A DNA stretch of 58,862 nt, filler included, from Porpidia crustulata (taxonomy: Eukaryota): NCBI GenBank assembly GCA_964255105.1. It is 4 parts of 4 records of this genome, joined end to end, with 100 filler letters (N's around TTAATTAATTAA, not from the genome) between each part and the next. Parts side by side here need not be neighbours in the genome. Positions count along the whole stretch, not along the records: positions 14,763 to 29,408 come from CAXUWE010000365.1; positions 29,509 to 44,146 come from CAXUWE010000366.1; 2 more parts are not named here. One strand, 5' to 3'. The translations under genes and the position numbers were made by a program. The notes beneath the pieces were generated by a model. It was not told where the DNA came from, did not search any database, and saw only the letters and a list, made by a program, of their open reading frames with translations. Every line of letters starts with the position of its first letter. The first letter of the stretch is position 1. Positions 23,796 to 36,999 of the stretch are shown piece after piece.

Positions 23796-23828
23796 TAACC
23801 CTAAAAACCCTAGCATGGCATAACCCTA
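23796..23828. promoter_or_regulatory. Cluster of three telobox-like (AACCCTA) motifs upstream of leuB
   Basis: TAACCCTA at 23796, AAACCCTA at 23805 and TAACCCTA at 23821, 100-130 bp upstream of the ATG. Confidence 0.45.
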
Positions 23829-26426
23829 GGGGAATGTACGGATGGACAGAATCGTTATTACCACTAAAGGTGCTCCCCCGTATAATTATCTACACGCAAT
23901 TGATTTACATTCCTACCTATATTATGAGGAGTGATACTGGGAATGGGCTCCTACAAGTGCCTACATTGTCAATTTACCTTACTGCTAGTACCAGTACAAT
24001 GAGATTGTAGGGGGTTGTAGTTCATGCGAGTCCGAGAAGATAGGCACACACAGTTCAGCCAGATAGAGGGCAAACCGGATCTTAAGTCAGCATTCGGGAA
24101 CTTGCAATGAATTGAGATCAAATGTCAGGGCAACGAATTCGGAGTCCACGCTCGTTGATCAGTCTCTGTTAAATAGTCTACAACTTAAACTTGCCATGTT
24201 CTAATCTCGCTAAACTTCATCAATCTTCTTCCAAGACGACGGATCTTCAAGGATGCAGAGCATTACGCCCAGCGCTGTTCGTAAAGATGCCGGAATGCCT
24301 CCACTGACCGAGGCAAGAGCGAAAATCTGAGTGACACCAAATGATCTAGTCAGAATAGCTGGTTGTATTTGTAGGAAAGGGATGACGACCTTGGTCACGG
24401 TAAATATGGGACAGAAAGGTTGACGTATTGAGAGACCTTTGGAGATAAAGGTGTATGCTGCCGAAATGCCCCCCACCCCAGGCGATGAGGGAGAAAGAAT
24501 CCGGTAAAGGAGATGGCGAACTTCACCAAAGCTGTCAAATTAGCAACTTGCACTGCCGACGCGAGTTCAACATGAGATTGAAGATATTCGAAGCTACTGG
24601 GATGGCTGAAACCCTGTGTTTGTGCATCCAAGACGTGGTCGATGGAGTTTTTCGTCGGTAGCCGCTATCTCACCGATGCTCGAAATAAAGCATACATATC
24701 CGAGGTAAAAAGATTCTAATGTTATACGCCGAATGCCATGAAGGCCCAGGTAAGGATTTAAGATCATGATAACTTCTTTGTTATCGGAAGCGGTCTGGGA
24801 GAGTTAGCTTGTCCTTCGCCTCGTTCTCACTTCCCATAGACCTGGGAATATCACACCGGCTCTTTGTCGATACCGATTTACGAGAGTATGGCATGAGCCA
24901 TCCTAATTTATGGCTTACAGACACAGTCGCTATCTACTTACAGTGCACTGGCTTGGCCTTGCTCAAAGACTATGGCACGGCGATCTACCTAGACGTGCAT
25001 CGATACGTCCTGTCGGAGCAGTGTCCAAAGGTATATATTTTGACACGAGTAATCCGCAACATGAGATTCAGTACGAATACTGTTGACGCCTTATCTTGTT
25101 TGCTCTTCAGCTTCCAAATCTCAATTCCGCCATCTCCTCATGTTTGATGGTATTATCTAATACCGACAGAAAAGCTTGAGCAATCACACTCAAGAATAAT
25201 TCACAAAAATCCTCTAGTGGACATCAATCTATCTCCTGCCCCCACCCCTTACTTACAACGTTTATATTCATTGGCATCGCCCGTGTTGCCTACATCTAGC
25301 GATACCCTCTCCAACGGCCCAATCCATATCGATTGAGTGATCTAGCGTGCCTGTAATCAAAGAATGCCTTACCATCACCTAATATTAGACGGACGATAGC
25401 AAGGAACGCATGGCTAGTGTGAAAAAGACGCATAGGCTCAAGCAATTTTCAAGCGCCACGTTAATTTTCTTCAAAATGGAGGTATGGGGGATTTTGGGGA
25501 GGGCGGTTCTGCAGAATGCATTGGTGTCGTGGGAGCGTGACGAACGAAAGAACACTTGACGTCAAAGGCGCCGAAGAGGGCTCCGGGGCTATCATACAAA
25601 TGGTGGAGAATAACGAGACAGATCACATTGGCGGAGGGAACCGTTGCTTATATGCTCCTTCGGAAAAGGTTGTTTCTTACTGATACGAGTGTTCTGGCGA
25701 CCGATTGCTTCTCTAGGTATGGGAAAACAGCCTCCCATCTAGGCGCATTGGAGGTGCTGCGGCCTTGCGGCCCTTGCATGAAGAGAAAACCACAAGATGC
25801 GGTCACGTGGTAACATATAATTGTTCCGCGAATCTTCCACTCGTCTACTCAAAGTGAGAATTTTGATAAGCTTGGTTTACGATGAGCTCTGTTCTATCTT
25901 ATCTCGACCTCCCATATCTTTGTTTTGTTTACCTTCTTGGGGAGCTTTTGCTTTCGTCGACAGCTCTTCTAGAGCCAGTTGACAGAACACTGAGATGGCT
26001 TTAGGCAACGAATTTGGAAGAAAGTTCTTGTCGAATTTGAGAGTGAGGATTAGGCAGCCGTTCAATAAGCGAGTGGGAGAGATTGGAGGTGGTGATGTGT
26101 TCTTGACTCAGAGTTTTCTGCGTACCCCTAGAAGACTTAGTTGTATAGGTGGGAAGACAGCAAGAGCTTTCAAAGAGAGACCTTGTATGGGTCTTACTGC
26201 GACGCTACAGGGTGCGCGAAGACGAGGATGTATGGAAGAGCATTAGCTGGGGATGGGGGGTGCTGGTACAACATATTCCCCAATTCACTTGCAATGTTCA
26301 CGGCAATTATCAAACTAGTGTAGCAAGACGTTCAATCATGATCGTAGGAAATTGGATGGACGACTAGGCTATGTGACATGCGGGAAGGAAATGGATGCTC
26401 CGTTGGGAATAATCGTATTCATCACC

Positions 26427-27141
26427 TTACATCACCACGCCTGAGTTGCTGGCGATACGCTGGAGGTCGTCAGTACAATATACTATGACAATGTGGATTA
26501 TGATCACGTACCGGCCATAGCTCTGCGGCTTCTTTTCCGACTGGTCCCGTGATCGCTGACCCCTTCATTTCTCCCTTTGGATTGACAATCTAAGACACCC
26601 ACAAATCAGCAATCTAGTTCAATGGATCCATCCAGTTTTCCATATCCTCTTGGCATTCCGCTGCCAAAGGTTGTCCAGAAACTCCGCCGCACCGACTCAC
26701 CACTCCAGCATTATCCTCAAAATACAAATACACCCCATCTGCCCTTCTCCACGGTTTACTCTGCCTCACCACCACCGCCGGCATGACCTTCTTCCGTAGC
26801 TCAGGTTTCCCTTTCTTGACCGTCGCCATCACCATATCACCCACGCCCGCAGCTGGAAGACGATTGAGACGGGCGCCAATGCCTTTGACGGAGATGATGT
26901 AGAGATTTCGGGCGCCAGAGTTGTCGCAGCAGTTCATGACGGCACCGCTGAGGATTATGTATTAGATTAGTATCGAAGTGGGTCAACGAAGAGGGTGAAG
27001 AGCGACAGATTGAAGGATAGGCGTACACTGGAAGACCTAGGGTCATTTTGAGCTTGTTGCCCGAGGCACCGCCTCGTCTGCGCAATGATCAGCTACAGTA
27101 CAAGAGTCAATTATCATGGATAATCACCCTCTCTTAGACAT
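26427..27141 (-). CDS. RPL23: 60S ribosomal protein L23 (uL14), 5 exons
   Basis: [41 protein letters not shown]...[43 protein letters not shown]. Confidence 0.98.
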
Positions 27142-27846
27142 CTTGATACGATATGTGGAATAGCTTACGGTGGGTTATGTATCGTTGGGTTCGATTTCGT
27201 GGTGATCTCGAATTTCGCAGTGTGGGCACCTCGGGAGCAATCAGCACACTAATCCACGATAAGTTAGGGGCAATGTCGTCGCAATCTGTGCGCTACAACT
27301 TAAAAGGCTAGGGCAATAACTCAACTACACCTCATTCCTACTTGCTGTCCTCCACCCTATTCCTCCCATTTCTTCATAATTCTAAGGTCTGTGGTGTGCA
27401 TGATATGTGCCTAAATTGTTCGCATAGCCTGAGCCTAGGAAGACTGTCTCAGATTCAAGCGTCTCTCTGTTTCTGTGGGTTTACTAGACCAAAATTCTCA
27501 CCGCACTACACCGGTGTCCTCCATTCCGAATCGAGCCCCAGCAAATACTATGATCAACAATGGAAAGGCACACACCGGTACGCCGACAGCCAAGATACCG
27601 CATAACAGAAGAAAGTTACCGAAAATAAGTCCTAATCAAATAGCTTTGGCTTGAAATCACCGTTTCCTTCTTCGCCAATGACGTTTTACCAGTCTGCTAC
27701 CAGTCATCAATTACAGCTGTCTACTGCGTTTCCGTATCGATTCTTCGTTGTCTAATTTTAATGTTAGCTCCGAGTCTGATCTCATCTATTCTGGTGGGTT
27801 GGCTGACGTACAAGCATTGCTCTGATTCCAAATGAGCTACACACCT

Positions 27847-28353
27847 CTACAAACTGCTCTCAGAAGTCGCGCAGCAAGACCAGATATCATCTTCCTCAAT
27901 GTCGGAAAGATCAGGCGTCGGGAGACGCTGTGACGATGGAAGTCGATGAGATTCGGGCTCCGACCTTGGCCGTGTACTCTTCGGCAAGACTTTGACAGGT
28001 AAATGCGTACAGGATCTGTTTAGCTGCGTGTTCTGATTTTGTGATCTCATGTATTTCTGCGCATTTGCAATGGCTATTGTCATCTTGTCTTGTGAGACTG
28101 GCGGGCGCATATCCGATCTGTCGGTTTCTGTACTTCTTTTCACTCTACGTGATCGAGCATCTCTCAGACTCGAATGCTTATCGATGATGACTTCATCTGG
28201 ATAAAGTATCCAATCGCTTGTTGGCGGCGAGGGTGCTGGCTGATGAATGACTACTTCTTTCATAATCTTACATTTCTGCGACTTTTGGAAATCTCCCGAT
28301 GGACTCGGACGGATGCGCACTGGTCCAGTGGTCGACTTGGTTGACGACGGCAT
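27847..28353 (-). CDS. Hypothetical protein, 168 aa
   Basis: ATG-initiated ORF with a motif-like C-terminus RLPTPDLSDIEEDDIWSCC. Confidence 0.6.
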   Translation of the reverse strand: MPSSTKSTTGPVRIRPSPSGDFQKSQKCKIMKEVVIHQPAPSPPTSDWILYPDEVIIDKHSSLRDARSRRVKRSTETDRSDMRPPVSQDKMTIAIANAQKYMRSQNQNTQLNRSCTHLPVKVLPKSTRPRSEPESHRLPSSQRLPTPDLSDIEEDDIWSCCATSESSL

Positions 28354-29408
28354 GATTGATGGCAGTGGAGTAGTGCCTGAACATTGGAATCAATACAAGG
28401 TGGGATGAGACCTAAGAGTGAAGGATTCAAGTGTTAAGCGAGTTTTGATGATGCTTCAAACAATTAAACTGATGAATATACTGATGGTTGATGATTGTGG
28501 TCCGACTGGGTTGATGGCATGGAGGAAGAAGGGAAGTGGGGAGAGTGAAGGAGCGAAAGAAAAGGAGGGGGGAGAACGCAGGTTTTGATGGGTAGGCCAA
28601 GCGAAACTGACCAATAGAACAGGGGTTTGGGACTGCGGCCCATCATCTTTCCTCCAGCCGAGGGGTACCCATTACTCCACCACGACTATCATATCATCAA
28701 TATGATTTCTAGCAGCGCTGACCATCACCCTTGACTGATGGTTTTGCGGCTCCTTGCAGCTTCGACTGTCCTCGCTTAGGTTCCGAACGCCTTATTTCTC
28801 AGAGTCCTCTTGACTTCCTCCCGCGGTTGCCTTGGCCTATGAAAATAGAGCTCGAGAATGCAGTCCCGTGTAACGAGAGTTTCTTCATCACTCTAATCGT
28901 TTCAAAACCCGTCAACTTCACTGTACTCGATTTTGTCCTATTCCACAAGGGGACAAATCACGTGACCTTCACGAAACCCCGAGCCCAGGGCTCAGGACTC
29001 GGGACCCTTGGCTTTCAGTTGATATACTACTTGTTACACAATAAGCCACAAGCCTTAACGTGTCCTCGGGTCTGCAACTTCCCTTGGACGCTGGTCACAC
29101 TTCTTATGTGTTGTTACAAGCGTATAACGGAATACTACCTTTCACATCTGCTGGGTCCCGAAGTCTGCCGCAAGGTTGTCGGCGTACAGGAACTTCTAGG
29201 TTCCTTCACGTTGTATGTAACCTAACAAACAAATCACATCAGCAAAACTTCCCATTCTAGCCCCAGAGCTATGTGGAGATCTACCTTAGTGATGTGAGAA
29301 CTCATCACGCGCATGGAGACAAATCTCCTGCAAATCGCTTCGATCAGCTAATCATCTCCTATCTCCTATCCTCCCCAGCATCTTCAATCCTATCCCATAC
29401 CCCACCCC

Positions 29409-29508
29409 NNNNNNNNNNNNNNNNNNNNNNNNNNNNNNNNNNNNNNNNNNNNTTAATTAATTAANNNNNNNNNNNNNNNNNNNNNNNNNNNNNNNNNNNN
29501 NNNNNNNN
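29409..29508. other. Artificial contig linker
   Basis: N44-TTAATTAATTAA-N44. Confidence 0.99.
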
Positions 29509-29954
29509 GGGTGTAGATAGGGAAGGGGACGTGGGCGTGAAGGGTGGCGGCGGGGTTGGGTTCGAGGATTATGGAGATATTGGGGTAGGTGGTGTGGATG
29601 TGTCTGGCGTGTTTGGAGTTAAGGCGGGGAATCGGCAGAGGGGTGGATTTGGAAGGGCTGACCTGGCGAACTCGAGAAGTGCTTCGGTAGCGGCAGGGGC
29701 GTCATTTTTCTTGACTAGGAGGATATTCCGTGGAGGTGTAGACCACTGGAGGGCAAGCAAATCATGATTCGGCGTCTCTGCGAGTATTAGAATGGGACGC
29801 TGCTTGGAGGTTCTTGGGCACGCGACCCACCGTGATAGGTCGGGAGGTTGTGGTTGGGGAGCTCTCTGATGTCCCGAATCTCGCGGCATCGTGGTGTGCT
29901 TGAGAATGCTCGTCGAGGTATCAAACTGTATAGCTTCCTTCTCGGAGCCTTCAT
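29509..29954 (-). CDS. POS5: Mitochondrial NADH kinase, 5' part (truncated by contig end)
   Basis: Presequence MKAPRRKLYSLIPRRAFSSTPRCR, then spliced LLALQWSTPPRNILLVKK..ATEALLEFAR|HIHTTYPNISIILEP, typical of the Pos5 N-terminus. Confidence 0.8.
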
Positions 29955-30370
29955 GATTGAGATGGGAAAAGAAAGACGAGTTTGCACGAAGGGAAGACGA
30001 TTGGATGGTCAAGACATGGGTGATGCTCAGCCTTATGTGCTGTTTCCGTCTTGAGCCGAGGGATTGATAGGGCTGAGTGACAGATGGCTGGCTCATGACA
30101 TATAAAAGAAGTTCTCGTGCATATCTCGTCACGTTGTGCGGCTCTCATATCTACCTATGTCTTCATCATCTCTCCCTTTTCTTCAATATTTCTCCCTCTT
30201 CACCTCGCTGTCGTGACTTATCCCCCTTTCACATCCAAACACCAGGTCATTTCGCTGAGTAAGCGGACAGGCACCTATCTTACTTTGATATCGCTATCCC
30301 CACATTCCTTTTTAGTCGGATACATGGACCATCCCTTGCATCTCCTCAGCAGAAGCTGACATCTTCAGCG

Positions 30371-31702
30371 ATGTTTGCCCATAAATCCAAAGTGCCGGCC
30401 ACGCAGGCGGTACCGGAGCCTCTGCCTGATGACGGAGCTGGTACCCGAGGCCTCGCCAACGAACCTCATCCGGCCGGCAAAGTCAAACATGGAGCATTCG
30501 TACAAGTAATGAGGTTGCTGCTGGCCTCGGCGTGGTCTTTTTCCTGCATTTCCATCACCTGTCTCACGCAATTCGTCGGCGCCCCTTTGTACTTTGTCAA
30601 CATGAACTGCTACTATACCTACATGGCCCTGACGAAGCAGTCCTTTGGCCTGCTCATCATCACCTTGACGCAATGGTTCAGTCCCACGGTGATTAGGATC
30701 AGTGGCGACAGGAGCGTGCGAGGGCAGTTATTACGTACCAAAGACGGCCGCTTGCAAACCGCTTTTCCCGAGCGGTTGATCATGATCGCGAACCACCAAC
30801 TGTACTCGGACTGGCTCTACCTGTGGTGGGTAGCATACGCAAACAACATGCACGGTCACGTCTACATCATCCTCAAAGAATCCCTCAAGTATATCCCCGT
30901 CATCGGCCCCGGCATGATGTTCTACGGCTTCATCTTCATGGCCCGCAACTGGGTCAAAGACAAGCCTCGCCTCCGCCACCGCCTCCAAAAGCTCAAAACC
31001 ACCCACAGCGGCATCCTCAGCGGCTCCTCCCTCGCTCTCGACCCCATGTGGCTCATCATCTTCCCCGAAGGTACCAACCTCTCCGGCAACACCCGCAAAG
31101 GCAGCGCGCAATGGGCCGCCAAGCGCAACCTGCGCGACCTCTCCCACCTCCTCCTGCCCCGCAGCACAGGCCTCGAGTACTGCCTGCAGGAGCTGCACGG
31201 CACCGTCGACTGGCTCTACGACTGCACCGTTGCGTACGAGGGCATCCCCCGCGGCGCCTACGGTCAGGACATCTTCACCCTCCGTAACACCTACGTCCAG
31301 GGCCGGCCCCCGAAGTCCGTCAATATGCACTGGCGTCGGTTCTCCGTGTCTGGCATCCCGCTCGAAGACCATGACGCTTTTGAGCGCTGGCTGAGCGACC
31401 GCTGGCATGAGAAGGAGGCCCTGATCGAGCATTATGTTCGCAACGGCCGCTTCCCCGCCGACGACGGCCATGATTCCGACGGCGAGCCCGCGGCGTTAGA
31501 CGGCGAGCCATCCACGATGCCCGGCACCGGTGCCGGCGGAGTAAAGCAAGGCTGCGGCTTCATCGAAACTGAAGTCAAACTCGGCCACTGGTACGAAATC
31601 CTCAGCATCTTCGCCGTCCTGGCCAGTTTCGCCTTGTTCACCTTTATCCTGGCCATGGCCTGGAACCGGGTCGTCCATGGGTCTTATTTTCGGAGGGGTT
31701 GA
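30371..31702 (+). CDS. PlsC-family lysophospholipid acyltransferase (Cst26/LCLAT1-like)
   Basis: ANHQLYSDW (HX4D), ILKESLKYIP, FIFMARNW, IFPEGT and LLLPRSTG; N- and C-terminal TM segments; strong GC3 bias. Confidence 0.93.
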   Translation: MFAHKSKVPATQAVPEPLPDDGAGTRGLANEPHPAGKVKHGAFVQVMRLLLASAWSFSCISITCLTQFVGAPLYFVNMNCYYTYMALTKQSFGLLIITLTQWFSPTVIRISGDRSVRGQLLRTKDGRLQTAFPERLIMIANHQLYSDWLYLWWVAYANNMHGHVYIILKESLKYIPVIGPGMMFYGFIFMARNWVKDKPRLRHRLQKLKTTHSGILSGSSLALDPMWLIIFPEGTNLSGNTRKGSAQWAAKRNLRDLSHLLLPRSTGLEYCLQELHGTVDWLYDCTVAYEGIPRGAYGQDIFTLRNTYVQGRPPKSVNMHWRRFSVSGIPLEDHDAFERWLSDRWHEKEALIEHYVRNGRFPADDGHDSDGEPAALDGEPSTMPGTGAGGVKQGCGFIETEVKLGHWYEILSIFAVLASFALFTFILAMAWNRVVHGSYFRRG

Positions 31703-32744
31703 GAAGTTTTTTTGGGGGTTGAGTTTTGTTGGGAACGAGGGTGGGAGGCGTTGATGATAAGCGAGCCTGGCGTTTTTTCTTTTTTGAGTGAGAGGAGGGG
31801 GGAAAAGGGCTGGGATGGAGCGTTTGTGTTGATTATTAGAAGGAATGGGGATATATGAAGCGGTTCTTCAGACGGGGAGGGGGACAGTTTACGTGTTTTC
31901 GGGTGCAGTGCAAGCTGCATATCAAACAGCAAAGCCACGAGGCAAATTCCGGTAGATTCGATGCCCCTTATTCTCCCCTATGCTTCCCATTTCCAAACCC
32001 ATCCTCTCTCTCCCCATCCTTCCCGTCTCAACGATCGCCAAAACATCGAGATACGGAGAGCCGGTGGAAAACATGGAAACTCGGCCACGGATGAAAAGGC
32101 TCACGACAAACCCAAGCGATGGCGGATATGTCGCTGCAACGTTGTTCGTGCACGGCTATGTCGGCGGAAAAAGGTTTCTTCAACTGGTCTCTAGATACAT
32201 CCATTTTGACTGCAGTGGTGAACAGACAGATAGACAGACAGCTGTGTATGTAAAACCCCCAAAGTTCGTGACGCCCCTGTCCCCATCAAATCATCAAGTG
32301 CCGTATCCATCGTTAGAAAAGCTTCTCCCCTCCCCTTACCAGGCAGGCCAGTGCGGTCTGCTTTCCGCGGCGGAAAGTCGGTGGGGGATGGGAATAAATG
32401 AGGAAAGGCACAAGATAGGCGTTAGAGGTATCGAGCACAAGATCCGCTCGTCGCCAACATTCCTTGCGCCACGAAATGGTCAGGATTTCTTGCTTGCAAA
32501 TTGCGTGTATTTGAGTTTGGTGGAAATCACCGTATCGTGAATATCGAATTTTCCGAGAGATTGTAACAGACGCTACAGACCACGCAGATTGTACCGGAAA
32601 TACCTCACATGTGCACCGTTGTACACAGATATCGCGCCAGATACGCCATTCGCCATGCATCGGAACACTAGAGTTGCGAGAAACGAAGGATTTTGCCTCC
32701 AAATAAAAGTGAGTAGAGCTGGTACGGTTTGGAGATATCGAGCG

Positions 32745-35700
32745 TTAGTGGTTCGACGCTTTCCGGAACTTCAACATGTCGACCAAGCTCGCAAGGCTGC
32801 ATCCGCCCCTTCTCAAGAATTCACCCTGTAGAATCTCCTGCGCCGACGCGCGGTTCTTGACCTCGACGGTCAAGCACTGGCTTAAGAAGACTTTGAGCTC
32901 CTTGCTGAGCTTGTCCGGGTTCTTAAGCGTTGGTGTGCCATTCGTTGCAATCAAAAAGAGAGCTTTAAGTGGTTCTTCGTTAAGGTACGGTGGCTCCGAT
33001 TCAATCATTTCAATGGCCATGATGCCAAGGGACCACATGTCAACCTTGGAACCATATTCCTTTTGTTTGACGACTTCCGGGGCCATCCAGTAGGGTGTAC
33101 CGACCATGGTGGCGCGTTTGGATTTCTGGTCGGTGAGTTTGGCGCAAAAACCAAAGTCGGCTAGAAGGCATTAGATCAGCTGATGAGGCTCTTTTCAGAA
33201 TTTGACTTACTAATCTTGACGTTGCCACGTGCATCCAGCAGCACATTATCGCTCTTGATATCTCGGTGAATGATGTTTTGGCTGTGGAGATGTGCCAACC
33301 CTTTACAGGTCTTTGATAATATTAGTTTCTCGTCAATATATGCGAAGTGGCTCACTTACTTCGTTGCATATAGTGGAAATTTGAGCCTCTGTGATATGAG
33401 GGTTATTATCAATCACATCTGTCAGCGCTCCGCCCTCCATAAACTCCATAACAACCCAGAGCTCGTTGTTCCCTTCCTGCAGGAACGAGTCGAGGAAGTT
33501 GACAATATTGGGGTGAGAGCTCTCTTTCATAACAATAATCTCGTTCACAATCAGCTCCTTTCTTGGCTGGTTGCGAAGATCCATCTGCTTGATGGCGACT
33601 TGTGACTTGGAGCCATGCTGCTGATACAAACGTCTTGCGACAGGCGAAGCGGCAGACTCATGGATTCGGGCAACATACACAGAGCCGGAAGCACCTTGAC
33701 CAATCTTCTTCTGTTTACTGTAAGATAGCTGAGGATCATCCTTGGATACAACTTGTTTCAACTTCTCCATGACCTGGCTTTCGCTCATGTTTGACATTCG
33801 GACCTCTTTCTTCGAATGCGCACCAGCGGGAGCTTTGGTAGTCAGAGCTATCTCTGCTTGCTTCACAGGATCTATTACGTCGCCTTTGGAGGATGAAGGT
33901 GCTCCAGTGGGTTGCTTTGTTCCAACATTGAGAGGTGCGACATTCTGGACTGGTGCTGGGAGACGAGAGGGAGGTTGAACGTGCGATGAACCGTTTGTTT
34001 GAGGGCCATTAGGTCGAGCGCGGGTTTGTGGAGACTGCGATCGATCATTTCCGTTCACCACTGGACGTGTACTCGGAGAAGGTTGGCGTTGGTTCTGATC
34101 TCTTGTGGTAGGGGCTCGCAGGGTTCCTTGCGCGTTCGACGGGGACTGTTCGCGCGATGAGACTTGTTTTTGGGCGTATGGAGCTCGTGGTGGTGATTGG
34201 CCATTGCCATTCACGGTACTGGGTGCTGATGGTGCTTGTCGCTGAGCAGATGGTTGCCTTAGTGAGCCAGCAGGCTGCTGACGAGACCGATCGACACCTG
34301 GCGCCGCAGGAGGGTTCCTGGTGGGATTATATCTACTGGACGAAGACTCCACACTTGAGCCACCACCATAACCACCCACTTCCTGCTTTGCCATGGGCGT
34401 ACGAGTTTTTGGAATCGATGCGTTGTAGGCCTCTTGATCCCTTCGATTTTGCTCTTCAATCTCCCGAAGGCGGTCGCGCTCCCGCTTGTCCTTGGTGGCT
34501 TGGACTTTACGAGCTTCTTCCTCCATTGCACGACGCATGTCCGGATCCATTCCCATTTTTTTCTGATCAACGGAACGATCTGAGCCAGATCCATTACGTT
34601 GACCCCCGACCGGTGTCCCGTTCTGCGACCTTGGCGGGTTCTCTTGTCCGTAGCGTGTTAGCTGCTGATAGCCTCCTTGGATAGGTGGTGATGGACGCGG
34701 CGGGGCAATCGCAGTACCAGCACCTCCATGACCAAGCTGCATATTCTGTTTTGTGGTTACTGGAGGGGTTGGCATCAGGCTCCGATAAGCTATAGGATCA
34801 TCGGCCCGTTTGGTGATGTCGGAATAGAACTCGAGAACCTCCAGGACGGCTTGAGGATGCTTCTTGTAATCTTCCTTGGTAATAGCGGACGCGTTGAGAA
34901 GCCTCTCCCATTCTGATGGAAGACCGACAAAAGATCCGTTGACGGGATCAAAGCCGACATGGACACGATGAGAAAAATTCGTGGGATTACTTACACCACC
35001 CATGCCGGGGCAGCGATTGTATATTGCATCAATCCAGTCATAAATCTCATCGTCGGTTTTGAGCTGGCAAATGATGGTTTTTTGCGGGAGCTCACGGAGC
35101 GACACCGATCCTATCGCTGGATTGTTGTTTGGGTTGGCAAGTCGGGTGATTTCGAAAGAAAGAGGGCTATTTTCGCTCCTCGCAACAGATGTAACGTCTT
35201 TTAAACCAATTGTCGTGCTGACCTTTCCATCGTGACCCTTCTGAAAATCGAGCTGAAACGCGCGAAGTACGAGGTATCGGGATTTCCATAACAATCCTTC
35301 TTTGCACTTTGCATATCCTTCCTTGATGACGGCAACACCGCCGCTACCACCAGAGTTATCGTTTAACGTTGTTGATCGGGAGAAAGAAGGACTTGATGTT
35401 CCGCCCGTGACAGTATCGGTGGAACGAAGCGATGGCGAATGTAGGCTTAGCTGTGACATGTTGCCAGGAACATTGACAGTGGATGGCATCAGATTTAGGC
35501 GAGGGCGATCGGTTGGCGGGCGTGGAGCAGGACCAGGATTCATGAATTGACCTGCACCATAGATACTGTTGAACAGATAATGTCAGTTTGCAGTTCATCC
35601 ATTTGTCAAATGATGTGTTCAACTTCCACAGAAGACAGGAAATATACTAGATTTCGAACCATGTCTTATTCCACAGGCCTACAACGAAGATGACTTTAGT

Positions 35701-35787
35701 ACCCAACAGGGCCTATCGACTCTACAGTCGCAAGTCTTTCGGCAGAAAAAGATTGTACACGTACTTTGATGTCTGGGAAGAAGCCAT
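32745..35787 (-). CDS. CLA4: PAK kinase Cla4 (PH, CRIB and kinase domains)
   Basis: PH domain ([21 protein letters not shown]), CRIB ([16 protein letters not shown]) and kinase ([34 protein letters not shown]). A short exon 1, MASSQTS, splices via intron 35764..35566. Confidence 0.96.
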
Positions 35788-36999
35788 AGCTTCTTTGGGA
35801 AGTGCGAGTCTTTCAGTAATAGTCTAATGGAGCACTAAATATTTCGATAACGAGCACCAGGGTGCCACGGAGCCTGCGGGCTACATTGCATCAGTAAAGC
35901 CTATATGCAATGAGGTGACCATGTCGTACATCTTCGGGATGCTTTCTATGATATACAAGCCATACACTTATCCTCGAACAATCACACAGGAGAATAACGT
36001 TGCATTGCGACCGGGAGGACCATTAGAGGAACTAGTAATGACTTGGATGTCGCCGAATACCACGGACTCTGCCCGGCATTCGCAAATCGTCAATGCTTAT
36101 TCCTTGGAGGCGATCACAAGCTATGGGATGTGAATAAGAGGTATGGGTAGCTATTGCAAAGCAATGGGCAGTGGTAAACTTGGCAAGGCACGATTGAACG
36201 TCTACTGGGTGAGGTTCAACTCGACACCCATGTGAGAGCCCCCAGATAAGCGAGACACTACGCCTTATGAGGATAACTTCGACGAATTGGGAATAGTCCC
36301 CTCGTCCCCTAACAATCTGCCGGCAGCGGCATCCTCCCTAGCCACACATCAACTTCATACCGGGTCACCGAGTCACTGTCTGATACTAAATCTAGAAATC
36401 TTTTTAAAGTCCTTTTGAGAAACTGTGAGAGCGAAGACCTTTCTTGCCCAGTATACTCTTCATTCGGGATGAGTAAGAGTTACATATCGGTTTCGTGTTT
36501 TGATGCTTAGCTCCTCCGTCCACCGTAGTAAATTCTGTCGTTTTCTGGGAAATCATCCTACGAAGCTTATCTAATTATTCTGTTATGATTTGTCAGTAAT
36601 GCCATGCAGAGATATTGAAAGTTATCATTACCATTGTTACCTTCCTGTCTTCGTCTTTCTCAAAAGGTAAGCACCGTAGGTAGGCGTGTAGACATTCCTT
36701 ATCATTCGGCTGTGTTAGAGCAGACCACGATCTACAGCACTTCTCGGCCCGTTGTTCCGTACCTAGTCCCGCAGTGGCTGGATTGGGTAACCCCACGCTC
36801 TTGGTCATGATGCGGAGCTTTTTCTTGTAATACATGAGTATCAACCATACTAATATTTGCATTTGAAGCTCATGCCGATTATGAGCGATCTTAATTGCTC
36901 ATGTGACTTCCTTCGCGACAATTTCGGGTAATAGCAGTATTTGAAGTCATCCTATCATCAATGGCTCGAACCTTGGGGCTGGTATTCAGAGCGAGTCGA

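Noticed and set aside
28731..29225. 164-aa ORF
   Set aside because: It has a TTG start, no motifs and no coding bias; probably upstream regulatory or UTR sequence.
30731..31471. 246-aa antisense ORF and similar shadow ORFs over CLA4, PAB1 and the large gene
   Set aside because: These are by-products of GC3 codon bias on the coding strand and carry no motifs.
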